64,000 nucleotides of DNA from NCBI GenBank assembly GCA_964187785.1, contig OZ076409.1, forward strand, positions 9,240,001 through 9,304,000, read 5' to 3'. Positions 1 to 11,961 of the stretch are shown in pieces (position 1 is the stretch's first letter; every line of letters begins with the position of its first letter). A program made the translations under genes and the position numbers. Source of the DNA: Amphiscolops sp. MND2022 (Eukaryota). The notes below the pieces were generated by a model. The model was given only the letters and a program-made list of their open reading frames with translations, was not told where the DNA came from and searched no databases.

Positions 1-40
1 ATAACGCCTTTTCAAATGCTACACTTCAGGTATACTCAAC

Positions 41-311
41 CTGTCAGAATAGGTGACCCGTCATTGTATATAGCATGGGCACCTGGCTCCACTGAGCTGC
101 TGAACAGTAGGGTGAGGAAAGAGACGACAATAAGAGTGCAGATACTGATGATGATTCCATAGGGCATAGTCCTGCTGGCATCTATGGTCTCCTCAGTCAC
201 CATCGGCAGTTCCTCGATGCCCAGGTAGAACCAGAGTGAAAACGACAACCCTTTGGCAACCCCATCGACGCCGTCGTTGTAGAGCCAGCGTTTTGGACAT
301 GTCTCATTAAC
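41..311 (-). CDS. APC-family permease, internal exon (TM6-TM7); gene continues beyond the window start
   Basis: VNETCPKRWLYNDGVDGVAKGLSFSLWFYLGIEELPMVTEETIDASRTMPYGIIISICTLIVVSFLTLLFSSSVEPGAHAIYNDGSPILT. Acceptor tttctag| (phase 0), donor |gttgag. Carries the W.YLGIEE...EE...R.MP motif of APC TM6. Confidence 0.92.
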
Positions 312-351
312 CTAGAAACTATGTGAAAATTAGCTGAACTTGTATCTTCTA

Positions 352-1034
352 CCCGGGTCGACACTCCATGGATATCTTAGTAAGATCTTGGCAAGATCTT
401 TGAAAAATATTAGCTAAGATCTAGCCAAGATATTGCCGAGAATTGCAAGATGTCATGGTAAGATCTTATCAAGAGAGCCATGTTCCCAAGAAAACTTTTA
501 TTGTAAAATCCTATTTTGCCAGAAAAAATTTAAAAGGAAGTCAACAAAATCAGTCGTTTGAGAGTATTTTTCTCCGTCTCTGGAATCGACAGGAGTGATA
601 AGTTACAAGTTTTTAAAAAGCCCTTGAAATGAGCTTTCATTTGGTTTTTTTCGCATTTCTCAGTCTTGAACTGGCGAGGAATTATTAGAATTCTCGTCAA
701 AATTTTGGAATATCGTAATTTTTCGCACATTTTTGTATGCAAATTTGTTTCAGCACGTTTAAGCATTTTGATTCTGAAAACGAGTAGAATTAGTCGTTGT
801 TGGGTGAAATGAGCCTTTAGATTGAGCCTTGGCTGCTTGTACCGAAGGTATGCTGTTCTTTTACTATCTTAGAATTTTGTCCATCGTGATGAGATACGAT
901 CTTGGAATAATGTATTATCTTAGTAAGATCTTATCAAGATTCTTGCCATGGGATCCATGGTCGCCAAGATGTAGTAAGAATTTGGTAAGATCTTGCCAAG
1001 ACAACCAAAATGCTAGTAAGAGGGTCAACCCGGG
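352..1034. mobile_element. MITE with CCCGGG termini and TA target duplication
   Basis: ta|cccgggtcgac ... gtcaacccggg|ta imperfect TIRs. Both subterminal regions are packed with palindromic AAGATCTT motifs. Non-coding. Confidence 0.75.
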
Positions 1035-1267
1035 TATGTAAAATGTCAATCAAACAGCATTAGGGGAGGAGGCAAACAGATACTAAGATTGTTCGCTTTG
1101 TGTCCCCGGGTTGGCAATTAATCGCAACCCACTGGTGCTCAGTGATGACTCACCAAAGTCCCAGCGGATCACCGAGGTGGCATCTGCGACCAGTCGGTGG
1201 AGACATTGCAATATTCGTACAAAACAATGCATCAACAGATATGCAAACCTGTAATCTATGTAAAGCA

Positions 1268-1335
1268 TCACCACGGGTTGAAACCCAAATCTCATGTCGG
1301 CCAGGCAGACGCTCTACCAACTGCGCCATGGTGAC
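1268..1335 (-). mobile_element. tRNA-derived SINE head or tRNA pseudogene
   Basis: Minus strand gtcaccatggcgcagttggtagagcg...gggtttcaacccgtggtga shows a Pol III A box (tggcgcagttgg), a degenerate B box (ggtttcaaccc) and acceptor-stem pairing tcacca/tggtga. No clean anticodon arm. Confidence 0.65.
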
Positions 1336-1803
1336 TAGAATTTACTAAATGGATATGAAGTGGAGATTTGGCAGAATTTAGAAAATATCGCAACACAGAG
1401 TATGATTTTCCTCTCCGATTATATGTCGGCGGAAAATAATTAACTTTCTAACTAACTTTTCAGACATTTATAGTGACTGTGTTGTAGTTAATTCAATTTG
1501 TCGTCAAGTGATTACATGTTCTCTCAACAATTTGAAATGAAAGTGCTGAAGTAGAAAAAAAACGTCTCAAATTAAACATTTTTTTTTCAAATTTTCTGGG
1601 ATAAGTTTATTGGTAACGTTTGACCCTAAACGTTTGTTGTTGCTCAAATAGTGACAGTGCTCAGGAAGCTACTTGGTTTTAGAAGAGTTTTTCGGATAAG
1701 GGCTTCACGAAATAAACATCGAAAGTTTCACTCACATTGTTGCAGTTTCCAAGAACCCACTAAAACAAAGAATAGCTTAGTATTCTTCAAACTGTGAATA
1801 TCC

Positions 1804-2327
1804 TTTTTAGTCGGCGCTTTTATAAATAAAAGAGCTCGACTATTACAGTCACTCGTTTTTTTTTGTTAAAGACAGACTCGAAGCGACGAACGTTAAAATT
1901 AACGTTCAACTACTAAATACAGTACTAAACTACTGGACCGGCAAAGGCAAATGGGGAGCGCATTTAGGATAGTGCAAAGGGCCCCCCTTTCAGTTACTCC
2001 ATTTTAATCGTAAGATACAAAACAGGACGAGACTATAGTGTTTGAGTTTTTTTTCGGCACTGTGCGACTTTTTTTCGAAATTTTTTTTGTCTCCGAAGGG
2101 TCCCCCTTCAAGGTTTTTGATATTTTACAGCAAATTGAAGATTCAAAAAGCCCAAAGGGTCTCCCCTTTCAAGTTTTTCGGCACTATGAGACTGGCTCAA
2201 AATTCTTATTTTTCGATTTTTCTTTTTTTTCCAAAAAACCCAAAGGGTCCCCCCTTTTACAATTTCAAAAAGTTTGAGCTTTTTGAGCCTTGGATATGGC
2301 GCCGACTTTACAGGTTTCCGTCTTGTT
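1804..2327 (+). mobile_element. HINE/DINE-1-like non-autonomous Helentron-type repeat, copy 1
   Basis: Starts tttttagtcggcgc and ends ggcgccgact...tcttgtt (subterminal inverted repeats, TT-flanked, CTTGTT end). Internal aagggtcccccc motifs. Related copies occur elsewhere in the window. Confidence 0.65.
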
Positions 2328-2535
2328 ATTAATACCAAGGGTTTAGTAAATTGGGAAATTGAGACAGGGACTATTAAAGCGCATAATTTCAGTGATCTTC
2401 AACAATCTCTAGAAAATCATACTCAAAGTTTTTGAAACTTCCTGAGTTCTAAAGTTGCTTGACATAATTCTCAAGAAGTTTCTCGAAATCCCTGATAACT
2501 GCGTGAGGGCAGTTCAACATTTTTAGTGGGCACTT

Positions 2536-3310
2536 TGTAATGGCACCCTCTGAGACAGCAAAATCAGTCGATATTGGAATTTTGGAATTGTGACATGTTC
2601 AGAAATTTTGTCAAAAATTCTAATTCGATGTTTGACGTGGCACTGAGCATGTGATTGCTCTTTTCGCTGTTTCAACGAAATTGGCAGGTACTTCGACAAC
2701 AAAGAGCAAGATCGAGAAAAAACATAAGGCCAGCCGCCCGAACAGACGCCAGAGACTGCAAAAACCTCTGAAATTAGACTCTTTCGAAGGTGCTAACCTT
2801 GATTTCAGCAGTATGCTACCTTAAGTAGCGAAAACCGTAAAAATGAGTCTTTTCGTCTAATTCACAAATCTGTGCCTGTGGTGCCCCAGCTTGCGAGCTG
2901 AATGTGGATGTTGCCAAATCGCTGTTGTGGACGAGATTGCTGCACATTGTTGTAAGTTTATGGCTATTTTGACAATTTTAGATCTTATTTCGTAATTTTA
3001 GATACTGCCCAAGTCAGTCACCCTGAATAACGAAAATTTAACATAATTTCCTTTTGGAACGTTTTTAAAGGCTGTCTAAGTGTTGGTTTCGAAGAAAAAG
3101 CGTAATGCGCACTACTGATAGCAATTACAGACTGGATCAGGCCGGCGAGCACTTCACAAGAAGCGGAATCCTCCTCTGACGGGACAGTTTTTACCCGAAA
3201 GAGGCAAAATGAGCTCATGGTCATGGGCGCCTGTCCCGGGCAAATACCCATATCATGTGTTCCTCTAACTCTTATGGTTACGGCGACAATGGTGAGAGCT
3301 TGTCGTTACA
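2536..3310 (+). repeat. 5' LTR of element A
   Basis: tgtaatggcacc...gtcgttaca, direct repeat of 10595-11369. Confidence 0.95.
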
Positions 3311-4430
3311 TAGAGACATCATTTTTTGGCGACCACAGAGGGATCGCTTCGAAGTGCTTCCCTTAATGGTTTTAAAAGAGCCGACCCTCTGGTGATTGAC
3401 GCCAAGTACGACCTGGCTCTGGTTGGAGAAGTTTACGCAGAGTTTTTCTTCATTTTTTAAAGTTTGATGTATTGACAGGTTTACTGTGGCAGGTTTTCTG
3501 TCCGTTTTTCAGGTGACTTTCCCAAGTACCGATGGTCTATTAGTAAACGGTATTTGTTGACAGGTATCGTCTAAAATTGCAAGGTTCCCATCAGCGGGTC
3601 CTCTTTTTAGAAGCGTAGTGGACAGTAGCACGTCGCTACTGGTGTTTAACAGGTTTTCTAGCTGTTTTCAGTGATTTGCGCTTATGTACGAGAGGTGAAA
3701 TTGATGGTTGAACCATGTTCCATCCGATTGATAGATGAGCTGAAACGAGTGTTCCCGACTCTCCTTTCCCATTTCTCGTGGAGACGTCCTAGAGGGATGG
3801 TTTTCGGTGAATAGGTAGAACAAGTGCTGACGTTGCCGACGGTCTAAACCGTTTCTCTCTAGCTGGTCTGGGTGTTGAGAAAAAAGACGGCGAAGGTACC
3901 ACCCCTCAGTCCAGAAGTATCAATTTTTCGGAGTATGGTATGAAAAAATTTTTCGATTGTGTAATTTTTGAAGGGGAATCGTTTGCTCATGCTAGTTTTT
4001 CCTTGTTGCAACTTAGTGTGTGCTTTTGCAGCCGTTTTCAGTGAGAAAAGTCCGATTTTGGGTGCAAAAGTAGCAAAAACGTCAATTTTGGCATTTTTGA
4101 GTGTTTTTCTTGGTACGAGCGCGAGCGCTCGAGGTATTAGTCACAACAGTTGCAAAAATGTATGGGAAGTAGCCCAAGACCTCTAGGGTACTGCTACATG
4201 ATGTGTTGTCCACCAGAAAAGGCGTTGGAGTCCCTTTTTGGACGCATTTTGTATGAAAAAACTCGATTTTTGGCGAAATTGGCAAAAAACCACTATCAAA
4301 TGCTACCTGAAGAATGCTGGATAGCACTGCAATCGCCTCTTCTGTGCTGCTAAAAGCTTGGGGCACCTTCCACGGCACAGAAACTAACGTTTGAGTAGGT
4401 TTTTTACGTTTTCATAACAGAAAAAATTTG

Positions 4431-4798
4431 GAAAACCTTGATTTTTGGCCAGTTTCAGGAGTGCCAGAGTGCATAATTAAAACCTCTAGGGCACTTAGTG
4501 TTTTTGAGTCCTGGGAGCCTAAGCGCTCTCATTTTCTGTTTGTGTAATAAAATTAACGCATTGTGGTGAAAACCGCATGCAAAAATTCCTTTTCAGTGCT
4601 GAGAAAAGTTGAAAAACCTTGATTTTTAGTCACTTTCAGGAGTGTCTCAGTACACAATTAAAACCCCCTGGGCACTCTGTGTTTTTGTTAGCTAGGAGCC
4701 TATGCGCTCTCATTTCCTGTTTTTCTATAAAAAATAACGTGTAGTGGTGAAAACCGCACGTAAAGACTCCCATTCAGTGCTGAGAAAAGTGGAAAAAC
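4431..4798 (+). repeat. Diverged ~181-bp tandem duplication inside element A
   Basis: aaaaccttgattttt...cagtgctgagaaaagt occurs twice at ~181-bp spacing. Confidence 0.85.
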
Positions 4799-5263
4799 GC
4801 ACTGAGTTTGATCAATTTTCCACAAAACCGGACTGTCTCTGAGCTAGGGTCGGGTCATCGATTCCTGAACCCTAGCCAAAAAGTGGTTGCATTTTCGTAA
4901 CCACCACCAAAATTAACGTTATTGCCAAAAATTTGGTGAGCGTATCGGTCACCAAAGTCGAGAAAAGCTCTCTGACGTTTTGACTTCGGAGAAGCGTAAA
5001 AGGACCGAAAAAATCCAAAACTGCAAGACTGTCAGTGCCTTATACCTAATGGGCACCACCAATTGAGGGTTTATCCCAGTGCTACGGATAGTGGGGCAAC
5101 ACGTTGGTCCCATTTTGCCCGCCGTATCACTTTCTGAGGTGATCCTCTTGGTCAATTTGTGAAAAAAGTTGTCAAAAACAGTGTTTTTTCGAGTGCAAAG
5201 TCCATCTTGGGTCGAAACCTCAAATAAGCGCTCGCGCTTCAATTCGACCATATCAGTGGCATT

Positions 5264-7330
5264 GTAGGTGCCCACTGGCATAGACTACCAAGTTTGGTGC
5301 CGATCTGTGTGATACTTGTTGAGAAAAAAGGAAAAACGTGGCACCCAAAAAGGTGCGCAAAAAGGCACTTTTTTCTTAATTTTTCCAAGTAACCCGGGCA
5401 CCTTAGCCAACGGGTGGGGGTATATTGCAGCCCATCATTGTAACTTGTGCTAGTTGCTACGTTGTTGCAGAGATTTTGAGCTTCCTAGCTCTTTCCAGTG
5501 GACCGTAGTCTTGAAAAAGACGTGAAAAACAGTGTATTTCGATACAAAGTGGTACCGCACGTTTGTACCTAGGTGAAACTGTGTAAAAGCGGCGCAGCTC
5601 AAAACTGTATTCATTTTCGCAAACCTACGTGTACTTAAGATTTGCTGGTCAATTTTGGGCTTAATACGGCGCTTCCAGCGCACACACGAGCCTCTTGAGT
5701 GTTGTGGTGCGATTTTTGGAAAATCCAAAAATTCTTTGAAATTCTTCCTGTGGGTGACTGGAGACTTTTTGCCCTAAACCAGGTTAATTTTCTGGCCCAG
5801 TGTGCTTGTGGGAAAGCGCTGTGCAAATTTGAATAAGCCTACAAGCCTTAGAACGTGTTTTGAAAAATCTTAGACGTTGAAAAAACATCAATTTTCTTAA
5901 GTCCTCACCGAGACGAGCAGAGGTCCAAATCCTTGAGGAGACCCCCTACAAGCCTACCAGCGTCTGTTTCACTATTCTAACAGCGTGGTTGGCGCCCACT
6001 GGCAGCGCCTGCCAAGTTTGGGATCAATTGGTACTGTATCTGTTGAGAAATTGACTAAAACGGACTACACAAGAAGGTGCGCAAGAAGGCGAATTCTACG
6101 AAGTCTTGTGGGATTGCCTGAACACCCTATTCAAAGAATTCGGCCACATTGCTGCCCACTATCGTAACCAGTGCAAGTATATCGTATTGTTGCCGAAAAA
6201 CGAGCGTGAGCGCTCTTTCCAGTTCGCCAGAATCTGGATTGACACGTGAAAAACAGTACATCTTGGAACGCAGTGATACCGAACGTCTGTACTGTGTTGA
6301 AACTTCACCTAGTCATCTCAGCACAAATCAGCTATTATTCCCTTGTACCTCAACTCACGTGGGATTGTGTGGTTGATTTTGAAGTCGATCCTGCGTTTCT
6401 AGCGTTAGCGCTAGTCACTTGAGTTTTTCTCAAGTGAATCTGAAAAATCAAAAAAATATCTGAAGAACCTCTGACTTGTGACTGGATCCCAGGACCCAAT
6501 TCTGGACTCACTTATTGGGTCAGTGCATCAATCCAGAAGAGCTGTATACCTTTCAGCACGCTACAACCCTTGAAACTAATTTCGACTCCTCTTGGACGTG
6601 CATATTCATTGTTTCAGTTCAAGGGTCCACCGAGACGAAAACTAGGAAAGTGGGAAAAAAGTCATTTCTGCGTGTTGGAAACCTGTAGAAACCCCTAGTT
6701 TGACCTCCCAGTAGTTCGTTCATTGCTGTGCGTGTGATATTTGATCAGTATCGAGTGGGCTGCCTTGCTATATCATAGCATTTTGTTACTTGAAGTGTGA
6801 TATCCTGTGTATTGTAACGAATTGGATCATTTTTTGGAACTGTCGGCGCACCTGCTTGGAAAGTTGGGATTACATTGCCCTGGACTATTCTTACTGGTGT
6901 CAGTTGGTGCACCGTTACCGAAAAAGTGAGCTTGAGAGCTCAGCACTGTGGACTAGAGTCTTTGGTTGCACGTGAAAAACCGAGTCAATTGAGATACGGT
7001 GATACGGCAAGCCTGTACAGCATCTGCAACTCATTCAACAGTCTGAGCCCCAATTGCTTCTCGTTACAGTGTACCTGGCTATACGTGGAACCGCGTGGCC
7101 AATTTTGAGCCCGATCTTACGTTTCCAGACTTGGTACGAGCCACTTGAGTAATTTTCTAAAGATTTTGAAATTTTCAAAAATTGTTAAAAAACACTCTAG
7201 CTTGTAGCTGGAAGTATTTATCAGCCTCGGTAAGTCCTCTTTCCAACTTTTGTAACTGAAGAAACGTGCTGTGCAATTTTCTACCCAGTACGTCTGATAA
7301 AACTGATTTTGACTGTGCCCAGGCACGCAT
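5264..7330 (+). repeat. About three diverged ~725-bp tandem units inside element A (boundaries approximate)
   Basis: Anchors cccactggca at 5271 and 5995, and cgtgaaaaac at 5521, 6245 and 6971, with colinear similarity around them. Confidence 0.75.
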
Positions 7331-8112
7331 TTTGGCCAAAATTCCGAAAAACCGTTAAAAAAAACGAAACAAAAAACTTAGTACTCCCACTATACGGAAG
7401 GCAGAGACCAAAAGCCTTCATTTTCTAACCAAAGGGACCTAGAAGGCCTTCCTGGGTGCAAACGAGGCAAATTCCACGGTTCAAAAAAATTGCCGGCAGG
7501 GGTCATAAATTTTGGACTCCTCTGAGACTTTGAAACTTGCTGCTGAAAAGCCCAATTCAGCAATTTCAAGTGCCTGCGACGAACTCTGGACTACATTTTC
7601 CCAACCGAAAACCTGTATATAATACGCTGTGAGCCTGAGCAGGGTTTTCGATATCCAAAGGAGACCCTGAGGATTCCCACTTAGTCAAAATTACGAGATT
7701 TTGAGAGGAGCAACCTTCTAGTGACAATATTTTGACCGGCTTGCCCGAGTGTGAAGCCTTTGTGAACACTCTGGTTCCTCTATTTGGTGTTATTCAGCAG
7801 TATCGAGTAGCACAAGCTCCGAATATCACGTCAAATTTGCAGAGAACTCTTTTGGGTAATCACAATATACCCATATCCATCGAGGTTGAGAGGTCACTAA
7901 ACCACTCGACTGTCTTTTTGGTGCGCACTATCCAACTTGGCTGCAGCAATTTGCTCGAGAACAACATCTTTTGGCCCACTGAGCAGCTTGCAAAGCGTTG
8001 AACAGTTTTCAGTCAGCTGTGATTGCTAGAACTTCCCTTGACTTTGACCCTGACACTTAATTTGGATACACAGGTGGTTCTAGTGAAGCAGTTCGGAATC
8101 TCGAAAGCTGAA

Positions 8113-9426
8113 ATGAAACGTTGGAAAGTCTTCCACCGCCTCCGTTCCTTTTTCAAAGGAAAAGAGGGTGTCAATGCAGCACAACCAATTAATGTTCATG
8201 ATGTTCAAACTCAAAATGAATCCCCAATGGCAGATGAACATGACCGATCGACGAAGTTAGAGGATTTGAAGTTGGAAGATTGGCCTTTGGAGGATCGTTT
8301 CAAACTTTTCTCCGATTTTCTAGACTCAATGCCATCTAAAACTCAGGATACCGAACCGGAGATTAGCATAAAGACTTCCAGTCCTAGTTCAGTATCGTCG
8401 TCGAAAGGATTCCCTCTCCATGAAACCAGTATTCAGACTTATCAGAAACAGGATCAACAATTAGACGCCCTGGAGCAGCAGATGGATGAATTATCAATCT
8501 TGTTGGCACAAAATGAGACACGTAGGGAGAAATTGTTAGCACGAGTGCTAGCACAAATGCAGTCGATAAATGCAGATGTGCAAATACACCTCAGAAGTGC
8601 CACTATCAATATTTCAAACGACGCCGAAGCAGAACCAATGACACAGCCAACAAAAGACATAGGGCTGGAACCAATATCTTTGGACACCACAACCATGAGT
8701 ATTGCTGACACTTTGCCTGAATTTCACGCCGGTGACAATGGGTTGCTCGAGAGCAACCTCTACTCAAGTGATACAAAAAATGAACGAATATCAGTCTCAC
8801 CCTCCCTTTCCTTATCGCAGGATTCTGTAAGCAACTCTCACTTCCCTGGAACAAATTCCCTATTATTCACTTCGCAGTTGCTGCCGAGTTTGCTGACACA
8901 TTATATTGAGCCAACTTCTGCTGTACGTGGTCTACAGGATTATATTCAGGTGGACCAGCCAATCTTTATCAAATGGTTGCATAGTGGTTCAACCAAATCT
9001 CGACCGATTGGACATAGACGTGGTCGACCACCGCGGACTTCTGGTGAACTCTCATGGCATGAAGTTCTGCTCTCGTTTCATCGTAGACGTCGCCGTGGCC
9101 GTCCACCACGCTCAGTTCTCTTACTACCATGGTCGCATCGACCGAAGGGACATAGGCGTGGCCGACCTCCGAACAATTATCACAGTCTTGAGACAGACCT
9201 AGCCTCAGTTTTCTTTATTGGAAGTCCTGATATTTCATGCTTTTTGTATGGCCTGCTGCTATTAAATAATGATGCCTATCTACAACCCGAGCTACACTCC
9301 ATTTCTTTTCAAGGGGGGAGGAGGTGTCATCAAAGCTCAACTTATCATTCTGCAATTTTTGTGTCGGGCATTCAAGTTTGTCTATTCCTCGCTATCCTCA
9401 TACGAAAAAGACTGCTCATCGATTAA
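8113..9426 (+). CDS. Orphan ORF (437 aa from first ATG) with predicted coiled coil and three RRGRPP AT-hook-like motifs, inside element A
   Basis: Uninterrupted frame 8023-9426. QKQDQQLDALEQQMDELSILLAQNETRREKLLARVLAQMQ is heptad-like. GHRRGRPP, RRRRRGRPP and GHRRGRPP lie near the C-terminus. Confidence 0.6.
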   Translation: MKRWKVFHRLRSFFKGKEGVNAAQPINVHDVQTQNESPMADEHDRSTKLEDLKLEDWPLEDRFKLFSDFLDSMPSKTQDTEPEISIKTSSPSSVSSSKGFPLHETSIQTYQKQDQQLDALEQQMDELSILLAQNETRREKLLARVLAQMQSINADVQIHLRSATINISNDAEAEPMTQPTKDIGLEPISLDTTTMSIADTLPEFHAGDNGLLESNLYSSDTKNERISVSPSLSLSQDSVSNSHFPGTNSLLFTSQLLPSLLTHYIEPTSAVRGLQDYIQVDQPIFIKWLHSGSTKSRPIGHRRGRPPRTSGELSWHEVLLSFHRRRRRGRPPRSVLLLPWSHRPKGHRRGRPPNNYHSLETDLASVFFIGSPDISCFLYGLLLLNNDAYLQPELHSISFQGGRRCHQSSTYHSAIFVSGIQVCLFLAILIRKRLLID

Positions 9427-10594
9427 GGCCTGAGGAGTTGACTAAAGTCCGGGGAGTCTCATGGAGAGACAACACTCTATTCTCTACATTCCACGCTGAC
9501 CACCCACGGAATTTTCCACAATCTAAAGTGATGAAATCCTGACCGCACATTACTTTCAATCGATTCTGATGTATACAATCACAGCTTGATATAAAAACTT
9601 TGTTTTTTTTGTTTCTCGTAAAATTTTATTTGATATAACATTTTCAAGGCTATCAGCGAGGCTTAACAAAAAAAAACAAAGAAAAACAAAAAAAAACAAA
9701 AAAAAACAAAAAAAAGAAACATAAAAGTCCTCGTCAGTGCAACTTTGGCCAGATGCTTTTTCTTATAGTTTCTTCTTTAATTTCATTATCTCTATAGTTA
9801 TACTCCTTGAAGTTTCAATGTTAACTTTCTTTTGATTCAGTGGCTTTTCTACGGAATAACTTGTTTAATGGAGCTCATTAGCCCCCAAATTTTCAATTAC
9901 AGAATCTTGTCTAATTTTGTCTCAGTGCTAAATCTCACATGCAGTCAGTTGGTAAATCGCTTTTCATACTCTCAACGGATGCTACTGATTTTTGTTTTGT
10001 TATGGAGCTGCACATCAGTGCGTGCTGCCTAAACCTAGCCAAACTTTGAACACAAAAAAATATCAGAAACTACCTGTTTTCCTTTTAAACAGTGGTTTTT
10101 CCGCTGAAAAGAAGTTTTACTGAAAACAAGTTTTAACTGTTCTGCAAACTGAGTTTTTACTGGCGTAGAAAAGAAGTTTTTGGAAGAAACCGCGCCAGAG
10201 AGCCCCAGGGCTCCAAAAAAATTCTTGAACCACAAAAACATCAGTGCTATCAAGATCCTATCCAAATTTAGTACAAAAAACTTTGCCAATTGAATGATGC
10301 TCTTAGATTGATATATAGATTAAAGATTATGATTTGTTTGAAGATGCATTTTGAGTGCTCGTTTTCTAGCCCCAGGGCTTGCTCCAGTAACAGCAGCCAG
10401 TGAATAAAGCAGGCTCGATAGATCGCAAGAAACAAAACCTCAATATTGCCCCAAACACCAAAAGATGATTGTGACACAACTCCGATGCAAAATCACCAGC
10501 TTGAACTCCCAGTCGATTTCAATGATGATGAGGAAATGTTTCAATGCCAGCTTCTCCGCATGACAGGGACGTCATGCATAAAGTCCGGGGAGTA

Positions 10595-11369
10595 TGTAAT
10601 GGCACCCTCTGAGACAGCAAAATCAGTCGATATTGGAATTTTGGAATTGTGACATGTTCAGAAATTTTGTCAAAAATTCTAATTCGATGTTTGACGTGGC
10701 ACTGAGCATGTGATTGCTCTTTTCGCTGTTTCAACGAAATTGGCAGGTACTTCGACAACAAAGAGCAAGATCGAGAAAAAACATAAGGCCAGCCGCCCGA
10801 ACAGACGCCAGAGACTGCAAAAACCTCTGAAATTAGACTCTTTCGAAGGTGCTAACCTTGATTTCAGCAGTATGCTACCTTAAGTAGCGAAAACCGTAAA
10901 AATGAGTCTTTTCGTCTAATTCACAAATCTGTGCCTGTGGTGCCCCAGCTTGCGAGCTGAATGTGGATGTTGCCAAATCGCTGTTGTGGACGAGATTGCT
11001 GCACATTGTTGTAAGTTTATGGCTATTTTGACAATTTTAGATCTTATTTCGTAATTTTAGATACTGCCCAAGTCAGTCACCCTGAATAACGAAAATTTAA
11101 CATAATTTCCTTTTGGAACGTTTTTAAAGGCTGTCTAAGTGTTGGTTTCGAAGAAAAAGCGTAATGCGCACTACTGATAGCAATTACAGACTGGATCAGG
11201 CCGGCGAGCACTTCACAAGAAGCGGAATCCTCCTCTGACGGGACAGTTTTTACCCGAAAGAGGCAAAATGAGCTCATGGTCATGGGCGCCTGTCCCGGGC
11301 AAATACCCATATCATGTGTTCCTCTAACTCTTATGGTTACGGCGACAATGGTGAGAGCTTGTCGTTACA
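10595..11369 (+). repeat. 3' LTR of element A
   Basis: Direct repeat of 2536-3310, preceded by ccggggagta. Confidence 0.95.
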
Positions 11370-11952
11370 CTTCATGAAGTGAAACGCGACTATACTAGTG
11401 ACTTTTTTTCAATCCACACGAACTGACCAAAATAGTTCTTAACTTTTACCAAATTTTATGGTGACAAATTGAACCATTTGGGCTAGGGAACTGAACCAAA
11501 AAGATTGTTCCTTTTTTCAGCGATTATACAATACCGGGCGAGACCAAAGGGTGCCCCTTCCACTTGCTTACAGCATTTGTGAGACTTTTTTTCGAATTTT
11601 TTTCTCCAAAGGGTCTGCCCTCATTTTCTTTGATATTTTGCAACAGAATGGATGTTGAAAAATCCCAAAGGGTCCCGCCTTTTATAATTTTTGGCACTTT
11701 GGGACATTTCGAAATTCTCCTTTTTTTTCCGAATTTTTTTCCTCCGAAGGGTCCGCCCTCAACTTTTTTGATAATTTGCAACAGAATGGATCTTGAAAAA
11801 ATCGGAAAGGGTCCCACCATTAGAAGGCGCCAGTTCGGTCCAATTTTCGGGTTTTTTAGGTAATGTAGAAAATACTGGACACTTAGATAGAAGTCCCTGT
11901 GCTATTTGGAGCCTTAGATATGGCGCCGACTTCTGGCGTTCCCGACTTGTTT
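11370..11952 (+). mobile_element. HINE/DINE-like repeat copy 2; its first ~15 bp lie at 2520-2535, split off by element A
   Basis: Rejoined site ttttagtgggcactt+catgaagtgaaacgcg matches the reverse complement of 45720-45759. Ends ggcgccgacttctggcgttcccgacttgtt. Confidence 0.75.
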
Positions 11953-11961
11953 TATTCTTTG

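Larger units (their letters stand above)
2536..11369 (+). mobile_element. Non-autonomous (LARD-like) LTR retrotransposon A, 8.8 kb, 3-bp TSD
   Basis: Two 775-bp TG..CA LTRs (2536-3310, 10595-11369) that look identical by eye. PBS tggcgaccacagaggga at 3327. PPT-like ccggggagta before the 3' LTR. TSD ctt/ctt. No recognisable gag or pol. Confidence 0.92.

Noticed and set aside
1268..1335. Functional tRNA gene
   Set aside because: Degenerate B box, no proper anticodon arm and no oligo-T terminator; better explained as a SINE head.
3018..3251. Duplicated 77-aa gene (also 11077-11310)
   Set aside because: An incidental antisense frame inside the two LTRs of element A.
9322..9430. A complete nested Gypsy element around the AT-hook ORF
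   Set aside because: A PPT-TG junction is present, but I found no matching 5' LTR or TSD.
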